In this document: positions 57,641 through 64,000 of the stretch, one piece after another
Numbering within the stretch: position 1 is the first letter of the stretch
Layout of the letters: each line of letters begins with the position of its first letter
From: a virus
Strand: one strand, 5' to 3'
IMG/VR virus record: IMGVR_UViG_3300026292_000623
Location: 8,214-72,213 of that record
Length of the DNA stretch: 64,000 bases
Position numbers and translations under genes: made by a program
The notes under the pieces: model-generated
The model's database searches: none
Seen by the model: the letters and a program-made list of their open reading frames with translations, nothing else
Told to the model about the DNA's origin: nothing

Positions 57641-57731
57641 TATTACTTGTCTTTCCTGTTATAAATCCTAGGCCGAAACTTACTGCAATTATAGTAGTTA
57701 TTGCTAGGCCATGCCATATTAAAAATTCCAT
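57603..57731 (-). CDS. Small membrane peptide (42 aa, not in ORF track)
   Basis: MEFLIWHGLAITTIIAVSFGLGFITG; TAATG coupling. Confidence 0.55.
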   Translation of the reverse strand: MEFLIWHGLAITTIIAVSFGLGFITGKTSNNATNNKQIYRNK

Positions 57732-58231
57732 TATAGTTCCTTTACTCGTTGTTTTGCTAAATGAATAGTTTCATCGTTTGCAAGTGGTAGTTCTTTTTCG
57801 ATTAAGTTTGTTTCAAACTGTTCAAAGTAAAACTTGTTTGTAAGTTTACCTAAATCAGTACCATAATCGTTTAGTGCTTCGTTGCTGAACTTTTCTAGTA
57901 TTACTTCAGCATTATATAAATCGTATTTAATCTTATTATTGTCAAACACCTCTCTTATAGTTCTATAACCGTGGGTTTGACGTCCTGTACACTTAAATTT
58001 AAGGTCTGCGTGTTCACATACTATCTCTTGGCAATTAGGTCTACCAGGATATTTCTTGTGTCCATAAAACTTTGCCATATGAGTTTTGAATCTAGCTTTA
58101 ACACCTTTAAGTGTCATACCAATATAGAATGGAACCTTGTCATTGTACATTATTCTATAAACATATCCACCTTGTGGATTGTCTGCTAAAACGTCTTTGA
58201 CTGTTGTTTTATATTTTTTTATATTCTTCAT
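57731..58231 (-). CDS. GIY-YIG endonuclease-like protein
   Basis: GYVY.I...FYIGMT...RFKTH...E..LI....P..N. Confidence 0.7.
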   Translation of the reverse strand: MKNIKKYKTTVKDVLADNPQGGYVYRIMYNDKVPFYIGMTLKGVKARFKTHMAKFYGHKKYPGRPNCQEIVCEHADLKFKCTGRQTHGYRTIREVFDNNKIKYDLYNAEVILEKFSNEALNDYGTDLGKLTNKFYFEQFETNLIEKELPLANDETIHLAKQRVKEL

Positions 58232-58248
58232 TTACTTTATTATACACA

Positions 58249-59778
58249 TTATTTTGATTTTGTAAAGACTTTTACTTTATATTTTTCTTGCCAACGTTCT
58301 GCATCTTCTTCTGTGTCTACCATTGGCTCACCTTTTATGTTTAAACTTGTATTAAGTAACATAGGACAACCAGTTTCCTTGTACCAACGTAACAACAATC
58401 TATATAGTCCTTTGTGTTGTTGTAAGTTTACTGTCTGAACTCTACTTGTTTTATCTATATGAGCTATAGCTGGAAATTCTTTAGGATATCTACACTTGCT
58501 GGTGTACTGCATATAAGGTCCAACTGGTCCATCAAAGTATTCACTTGCAAACTCTTCCATTATAACTGGTGCAAATGGTCTAAATGCTTCTCGCTTCTTA
58601 ACTGTATTAACCAAGTCTTTTACATCTGCTCCACGTGGGTCTGCTAACAAACTTCTATTACCCAATGCACGTGGTCCAAACTCTGCTGGTCCATTTGCTA
58701 CTCCAACTAATCTATTTGTTTTTAGTTCTTGTAACAATTCGTCAACAGGATAGTCTCCTCTAATGTTAAAACCTAAATAAGGACCTTTCCATTCAATAAA
58801 TGTTTGTTCTTTTGCTAGTACGGCTCCCATACTGCTACCTGCATCACCTGGGTTTGGCATTATCCAAACATTCCCATCATATATCTCGTGTGCAATACTG
58901 TTGGCTACACAATTTAATGCACAACCTCCCATTACAACTAGATTCTTACTGTTAACAAGTTTGCGAGTTTCTTTTACTATATGATTGAATACATACTCAT
59001 AAACAATTTGTGTACCTGCTGAAATATCTGCATAGTCTTTTATTTTGTTTAATTCAGGTCTCCACCAACGGCAACCTCTATGTAAATTATGTTTGAACTT
59101 TACTTTTAATGATCCATTTTGTAGTGGGTGGAAGAAGTCATCATATATTTCTTTATGTAGTCTTTTTGGATCACCTAATGCGGCCCAACCCATTAAAATA
59201 TACTCTTCCTCGTTTGGCTTTAGTCCTACTCGTTGTGTCATAGCTGAGTACCACAAGCCTAAACTGTGGGGATAGCTTTGACTGTAAACTTTTTTAAGTT
59301 TGGTTCCTACGCCATGCCAAACGGTAAAAGTATCCCATTCGCCAATGCTGTCTACAACTATTACTGCGGCATCTTTGTATGGGCTAGTATAGTATCCAGC
59401 CGCGGCATGACTTTTATGATGCTCTGTGCTGGATTCATTTGAACCTATCATAGGAAATTGTATGCCATCTCTTATGTACTCTGGTAGGTAACTGCTCACT
59501 GATTGTTTCCGCAGAGCTGTTTTCCATTGTCTTGCCCAAAGCTGTCTGGTTCTTTTAATTAGGTCTCTTTCATAATACACCACTTCACTAGGAAGCCTAG
59601 CACCGTTGTGTGCTATTGCCTGTTGAAATATATCGTGAGATAATAGTCTATCGTTTTTAATTCTAGAACTACGTTCACCGTGTGCGGCGAATACTAAATC
59701 AAGTTCTGTTTTTGATTTGTTAAAAACACTAATGCTACTATCGTGGGTACCAACGTTTATTCCCCATATGGTTTTCAT
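58249..59778 (-). CDS. NodU/CmcH-family O-carbamoyltransferase
   Basis: HDSS, ERSSRIK, HHKSHAA, MGGCALNC, PGDAG, EFGPRALGNRS, FRPFAP, LNTSLN. Confidence 0.96.
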   Translation of the reverse strand: MKTIWGINVGTHDSSISVFNKSKTELDLVFAAHGERSSRIKNDRLLSHDIFQQAIAHNGARLPSEVVYYERDLIKRTRQLWARQWKTALRKQSVSSYLPEYIRDGIQFPMIGSNESSTEHHKSHAAAGYYTSPYKDAAVIVVDSIGEWDTFTVWHGVGTKLKKVYSQSYPHSLGLWYSAMTQRVGLKPNEEEYILMGWAALGDPKRLHKEIYDDFFHPLQNGSLKVKFKHNLHRGCRWWRPELNKIKDYADISAGTQIVYEYVFNHIVKETRKLVNSKNLVVMGGCALNCVANSIAHEIYDGNVWIMPNPGDAGSSMGAVLAKEQTFIEWKGPYLGFNIRGDYPVDELLQELKTNRLVGVANGPAEFGPRALGNRSLLADPRGADVKDLVNTVKKREAFRPFAPVIMEEFASEYFDGPVGPYMQYTSKCRYPKEFPAIAHIDKTSRVQTVNLQQHKGLYRLLLRWYKETGCPMLLNTSLNIKGEPMVDTEEDAERWQEKYKVKVFTKSK

Positions 59779-59804
59779 TGAAGAGCCTCTTTTAATTATA
59801 ATTG

Positions 59805-59847
59805 TATTTATTATAGCATATTTTAATTAAAAAATCAACGATAAATA
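59805..59847. promoter_or_regulatory. Divergent promoter region
   Basis: Minus: TTGATT-17-TATAAT (59838-59810) and ATAAATA (59811-59805); plus: ATAAATA 59841-59847. Confidence 0.65.
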
Positions 59848-59866
59848 CTGCATAAAGGGAAACTCA

Positions 59867-60499
59867 ATGAAAAAACTAATATTATGTGGTTGTAGTCTTG
59901 GTGAATCTTGGATGCCATACTTTGATGGTAAGAAAAGAGATAACGATTCAACTCCAGATCACAATTACCAATTAGGACATTGGAAAAAAGTAACAAGGTT
60001 TCAACAAGCAGGTGGTACTCAAGGGTTAATGTTGTATAGACTTCTTAATCATTTTCTTGTAAACGAAATCAAAGATACAACTATTATGGTTCAATTAACC
60101 GGCTATAAAAGATCAACTACTGTTAGTGATCAGATTACTAACTCTGATGTAACTTATCAAAACAATATAACAGATAACTATGAGTTTATTATATGTGACC
60201 AAAACAACCAATCATCAGGCGAGGCGGATACTGCGAGTTTAATCCAAGTTCTTTGTATGCTATCAAAACTTGGTGCTAATGTATACGTATTCAGAGGCTG
60301 GCCAGGAGTGTGTAAACCTAAAGAATGGGAAACAACATATACTATTCTCAATGATGCCGGTGTTATAACTACAGAATTAGATTACTTAACCCTGGCCCAC
60401 AACTCAAAAATAGATGATTGGATAGATGACAAACACCCAGGTGTAAGATTAGGTTGTATTGTATTTGATAACATATGGAAAGAACTAAATGCATACTAA
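59867..60499 (+). CDS. SGNH hydrolase-like protein
   Basis: N-terminal GCS, VQLT...R, C-terminal DDKHPG (DxxH). Confidence 0.6.
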   Translation: MKKLILCGCSLGESWMPYFDGKKRDNDSTPDHNYQLGHWKKVTRFQQAGGTQGLMLYRLLNHFLVNEIKDTTIMVQLTGYKRSTTVSDQITNSDVTYQNNITDNYEFIICDQNNQSSGEADTASLIQVLCMLSKLGANVYVFRGWPGVCKPKEWETTYTILNDAGVITTELDYLTLAHNSKIDDWIDDKHPGVRLGCIVFDNIWKELNAY

Positions 60500-61145
60500 T
60501 AACTTAGAATTAGAGTTAACAACAATATGTACTTTAGGCTGTCCTGCCTGCCCTCGTAATTACCAAAAACATTTAAAAAAAGAATGGAATTTGGGAAATA
60601 TGCCACTAGACAAAGTTAAATGGATTGCTGACAATACAAGTTTTAATCAATATTTGTTTGTTGGCTGTTATGGTGATCCTATATACCATCCTGATATAGT
60701 AGAGATACTAGACTATTACAACGGCAAAGGTAAAAATGTATTCTTGGAAACAAATGCCAGCAATACTAAACCAGAATTGTGGAATAGAATAGCTGAATTA
60801 AATTTAAGTAATACCCATTGGACTTTTAGTGTAGATGGACTAGAAGATACAAATAGCATTTATCGTATTCGTAGTAATTGGAAACATATAACCTATGCTA
60901 TGAAAACTCTATTGAGTATGCCCAAAGAACGTAAACCACAAACATTGTGGAAGTGGATTGAATTCCCTTACAATCAACATCAAACAGACAAAGCCAGAGA
61001 ACTAGCTAAAGAATTGGGATTTGATAAATTCGAAGCTCGTAGAAGCACACGTTGGATTCCATATTCTAGAACAACTACAAACATAGAACAATATCTATTC
61101 CCCAAAGAATTACAACTATGGAAAGAGAGAAACGCCAAACTATGA
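60489..61145 (+). CDS. Radical SAM core domain (no SPASM domain)
   Basis: CTLGCPAC, GCYGDP, ETN, FSVDG, YNQHQ. Confidence 0.9.
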   Translation: MHTNNLELELTTICTLGCPACPRNYQKHLKKEWNLGNMPLDKVKWIADNTSFNQYLFVGCYGDPIYHPDIVEILDYYNGKGKNVFLETNASNTKPELWNRIAELNLSNTHWTFSVDGLEDTNSIYRIRSNWKHITYAMKTLLSMPKERKPQTLWKWIEFPYNQHQTDKARELAKELGFDKFEARRSTRWIPYSRTTTNIEQYLFPKELQLWKERNAKL

Positions 61146-61453
61146 GCAAAATATATCCTAGATGTTTAGTTCACGAAGGTGATCCTCTGTTTGTTGGTCC
61201 AGATGGATATCTAAAACCTTGTTGTTTTGTAAACAATGCTAGAGACTGGAATGAATTCCTAGTGTGGGTTAAGGATAACAATTTAGATATAGAAGACCTA
61301 AATCTGTTTAATCAGGGATTAGATAAAATAAAAGAGAGTCCTACTTGGAAACTATTAAAAAAGCAATTAGAATCCCAAGATCCTAATTGCCCTGATGTTT
61401 GTAAAAGAATGTGTGATCACCCTACCGAGCGAAACCTACATCGTAAAGTTTAA
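61142..61453 (+). CDS. Stand-alone SPASM/twitch domain protein
   Basis: YPRC...PDGYLKPCC...CKRMC; ATGA overlap at 61142. Confidence 0.85.
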   Translation: MSKIYPRCLVHEGDPLFVGPDGYLKPCCFVNNARDWNEFLVWVKDNNLDIEDLNLFNQGLDKIKESPTWKLLKKQLESQDPNCPDVCKRMCDHPTERNLHRKV

Positions 61454-61899
61454 GCTAAACGTTTACCTAACTCGTTAGCAACTGCTGATGCCATTGCTTG
61501 TTTATTTGTTACTACCTTAGCACCAACGGGCCATATAATAAACTTTGCAAGACGTAAATAAACAACTGCAAATGGAATACCAATTACTGTAATAGCTAAC
61601 ACACCTGCCATTATTACATTAAATATTGCAATAGCAATTCCAAATGGTAGGAATAAAATATTAGCAAGTAGTCCACCAAACTTTCGTAGACCTCCTACAC
61701 TATTCTTTCCGTTTAATTCAGTTTCACGTATAATTTCTTTTCCATAAGGAAATGCACCAAGACTTGCTAAATTAAATAGAACCTTAGCAATAGGCCATCC
61801 AATAATAGTTACTGCCATACAAGCTGATGCAACTAGTAATACTAGAGCATTCAACCATCCGCATAGCACAAACCAAAACATATTAAAAAGTGATATCAT
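61450..61899 (-). CDS. yccF: YccF-domain inner membrane protein
   Basis: N..WF...GW, TIIGWP, PYG; second repeat ITVIGIPFA...WPVG. Confidence 0.88.
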   Translation of the reverse strand: MISLFNMFWFVLCGWLNALVLLVASACMAVTIIGWPIAKVLFNLASLGAFPYGKEIIRETELNGKNSVGGLRKFGGLLANILFLPFGIAIAIFNVIMAGVLAITVIGIPFAVVYLRLAKFIIWPVGAKVVTNKQAMASAVANELGKRLA

Positions 61900-61927
61900 T
61901 TTTCTTCTCCTGTGTTTAAATGATGAA

Positions 61928-62275
61928 TTAGTCTAAACGATCGCCTGCATAAGCAGTGAACCCATATTGTTTGAATACTTCAGCACAAGCTTCAGCACCT
62001 GCACTTTTAACTTCAACGTTTTGCACGTTTAAATTACCTGGATTCCAAATCTTATAGCTACCACTATAATCTTTCTCAATACCTGCGGCCTTCATTGCAC
62101 GACCCATTTTAGTATTGCCTTTTATTCCGTAGATGTTAACCCAAGCAAATCCACAAGGAAAGTTATCTTCACCACCTAGTCGCTCGTCTAAATACTTCTG
62201 ACTAGCATTTTGGGCTGAGATTTTAGCCTGTGTTAATATTGTTTTGATTTCTTCTACAGTATATTGCTTTTGCAT
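61928..62275 (-). CDS. Conserved hypothetical early phage protein
   Basis: CGFAWV...Q...K.AGA.A.A.V...G...RLD; AGGAG RBS. Confidence 0.8.
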   Translation of the reverse strand: MQKQYTVEEIKTILTQAKISAQNASQKYLDERLGGEDNFPCGFAWVNIYGIKGNTKMGRAMKAAGIEKDYSGSYKIWNPGNLNVQNVEVKSAGAEACAEVFKQYGFTAYAGDRLD

Positions 62276-62303
62276 AATCGCTCCTTTTATTTAATATACA
62301 ACT

Positions 62304-62332
62304 ATAATACAGTAAGACTTCTTACTTGTCAA
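62304..62332 (-). promoter_or_regulatory. Sigma70 early promoter with inverted repeat AGTAAGA-CT-TCTTACT
   Basis: TTGACA-17-TATTAT; IR 62311-62326. Confidence 0.85.
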
Positions 62333-62600
62333 CCTCTATTCCTAGATAGTCTTTCTTTAATATATCCAACTGTTCTATGCTATTTGGATACCTATCTAGT
62401 AGATCTTCAGCATCTAATACCGATTGTTCTACGTCCTCAAAGCGAATAGGGAATACATTCTTAACAACTGTAAATGGATCTCCAACCTTAAAGATCTGTG
62501 CCTCAATTCCTAATGTAAGAGCATACTTTTCTGCTAATGCTACTGTTGGGAATTGCTTTCCGAATATAGTTCCGGTTTGACTTGTGAATACATCATACAT
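62322..62600 (-). CDS. Hypothetical early protein
   Basis: TAATG coupling. Confidence 0.65.
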   Translation of the reverse strand: MYDVFTSQTGTIFGKQFPTVALAEKYALTLGIEAQIFKVGDPFTVVKNVFPIRFEDVEQSVLDAEDLLDRYPNSIEQLDILKKDYLGIEVDK

Positions 62601-62959
62601 TATATCTTAATTCCTTGCTCTCTGGCGGCATTTTGCATAATAGGGGTTAGTACTTCTTCTACACGATCTTCCCAATGAGCCCAAACTAGGTTTGTAGCAT
62701 AATAGGTATCTCGCATAGTAGGAGCGAAACCATAGATATCTTTAAACAATCCTCGCTTGTTACAAAGACCATTATTAAACAGATCATAAGCGGCATTTTG
62801 TGCTCTACGAAAACGATCTAAATGTTTGTTCTTTGAATTGGGATTCTCACAACGACCTTCTGCTGGAAGTAGATCGTTTAATGTATTATTAAGAACACTA
62901 AAACCTTGATTACAACCCCAAGTATTCTTAAACAATTTTTCTTGATATCCTTTGTACAT
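62600..62959 (-). CDS. Hypothetical early phage protein
   Basis: FRRAQNAAYDLFNNGLCN; AGGAG RBS. Confidence 0.75.
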   Translation of the reverse strand: MYKGYQEKLFKNTWGCNQGFSVLNNTLNDLLPAEGRCENPNSKNKHLDRFRRAQNAAYDLFNNGLCNKRGLFKDIYGFAPTMRDTYYATNLVWAHWEDRVEEVLTPIMQNAAREQGIKI

Positions 62960-62990
62960 ATAAGTACTCCTCTTTTCTAACTATACTACT

Positions 62991-63019
62991 ATAGTAAGAC
63001 ATCTTGCTAGTATTGTCAA
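62991..63019 (-). promoter_or_regulatory. Sigma70 early promoter with AAGACATCTT
   Basis: TTGACA-17-TACTAT; quasi-palindrome 62996-63005. Confidence 0.82.
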
Positions 63020-63053
63020 CCTTTTTATGCTATTTTTCTTATCTTTTTTGACA

Positions 63054-63347
63054 TTATTTTAGTCTAAAGAAAGCCTGTATATCAACCTTGGTTAAACCAT
63101 AAACATCTGATCCAGGTTCCATTACATCTATAATCTCCCCTTCATAATCACTGGATTCTAATTGTGCTATTGCGTCTGATTTGCTAATAGCTTTTATATA
63201 ATGTACCTCAAACATCTTGTGATTACCACGGCTATTCTCGGGTCTAACACGTATCATATAGTTTTGTTTAAGTGTATTCAGCTTCATATAACGTCCTTTT
63301 CTTATTGTAATACTGTGTATTATACACGAATTCCTTACCAAGATCAA
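63054..63347 (-). CDS. Hypothetical protein (probable start 63287, MKLNT)
   Basis: AAGGA RBS; TTGATC-17-TATAAT at 63347-63319. Confidence 0.65.
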   Translation of the reverse strand: MILVRNSCIIHSITIRKGRYMKLNTLKQNYMIRVRPENSRGNHKMFEVHYIKAISKSDAIAQLESSDYEGEIIDVMEPGSDVYGLTKVDIQAFFRLK

Positions 63348-63394
63348 GCATTATACCCTGGTTTATAATAGGGATTAATTGGTAATAATAATGG

Positions 63395-63423
63395 TTGACA
63401 AATAACCAAACCCCTTATATATT
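63395..63423 (+). promoter_or_regulatory. Sigma70-type promoter pointing into non-coding region
   Basis: GGTTGACA-17 nt-TATATT. Confidence 0.75.
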
Positions 63424-63429
63424 AGCTAA

Positions 63430-63760
63430 CTAGGCGGTAATAAAGGGCTTTAGCAAAACCCGTACCTTATTCGTAAGTAAGCAACCACCGATCCTAGATA
63501 TATTTTAGCACCTGGATTATATAGCAGGCCAGGAAAACCTAATTAGCTATTATTAGGGTAACCCATAATAGTTCGTAACAATACGTGTCAGCTTACAACC
63601 GTATGTAGTGCAGAGAAGTTACCTCGGACCTATACGTCATTACTGTTAATAGTGACCAAAGGAGCACTTTGTTATTAACAGTAGTGTTTAGGGTTTTCAA
63701 CACTCAGATGGCGGGTTTATCAACCCTCCTAGATCATCTGCGAAGCACGGCTCGCAAAAT
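63430..63760 (+). ncRNA. Candidate large structured non-coding RNA, family unrecognised
   Basis: No listed ORF; about nine nested helices, including a 15-bp stem with G-U pairs, a UUCG tetraloop and a long-range closing helix. Confidence 0.7.
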
Positions 63761-63835
63761 TTTTCAACACTATTAATAACTGCGTATATAACAGTTCTTT
63801 ACCAATATCTCACTCAATACACCATAAATAATAAT

Positions 63836-64000
63836 ATGAAAGTATACTCCGTAAGTTATAACGCAGGAACTGGTGGAACGTGGCTAACCTGGTTTATAAA
63901 TCAACATAGTGGCTTTCAAAATTATCCCATAGAATTTAATGAACAAGCTCTAGATTATACTGTAGGTGATGACTTAATGTGGCATTATGATAAAGAGTCT
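63836..64000 (+). CDS. Partial ORF, paralog of 24146..24907
   Basis: MKVYSVSYNAGTGGTWLTWFINQHSGF...; runs off window end; ATAAATA 5 nt upstream. Confidence 0.75.
   Translation, partial: MKVYSVSYNAGTGGTWLTWFINQHSGFQNYPIEFNEQALDYTVGDDLMWHYDKES

Noticed and set aside
60489-61453. UGA readthrough, selenocysteine or frameshift joining the split radical SAM genes
   Set aside because: The junctions are ordinary ATGA overlaps in different frames, and the second pair has reversed order. Genes elsewhere are intact under the standard code.
63430-63760. tmRNA, RNase P RNA, group I/II intron or retron as identity of the structured region
   Set aside because: No tRNA-like acceptor/CCA end and no GAGGAAAGUCC. 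The minus-strand GAGCCGTGC does not extend into a domain-V hairpin, no interrupted gene flanks it, and there is no reverse transcriptase in the window.
1-64000. Bacterial chromosome origin because of metK, iscU, rpmG, tctA and galE
   Set aside because: These genes are isolated among phage-type hypotheticals, T4-like RNase H, a clamp-like gene and late-type boxes, without their normal bacterial operon partners.

Overview
AT-rich, gene-dense segment, almost all on the minus strand, that reads as part of a large lytic tailed-phage genome (T4-superfamily/jumbo-like). A marine proteobacterial host is plausible but is inference only. No rRNA, tRNA, CRISPR array or integrase was seen. Main contents: (i) at least eight radical-SAM/SPASM-twitch genes in fused, split and order-swapped layouts, plus a full support kit (MetK, flavodoxin, IscU, SufE, MTA/SAH nucleosidase); (ii) a 7-deazaguanine cluster (FolE, QueD-like, QueE, TGT/DpdA-like) interleaved with GalE, a GT-B glycosyltransferase and a purine PRTase, next to a sliding-clamp-like gene; (iii) sulfation, methylation, carbamoylation and sugar enzymes plus a TctA/TctC transporter; (iv) host-takeover genes (CspA, L33, Smr, Hc1-like, Fis-HTH, a SutA-like peptide missed by the ORF track, MoxR+VWA) and exported enzymes (S8 and HtrA proteases, alginate-lyase-like lipoprotein). 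Non-coding signals: near-consensus sigma70 promoters, five carrying an AAGA-N2-TCTT palindrome; (A)TAAATA late-type boxes, three exactly 5 nt before an SD-less ATG; and a ~330-nt promoter-driven, highly base-paired candidate ncRNA at 63430-63760. All assignments come from motif recognition by eye; no database searches were run.
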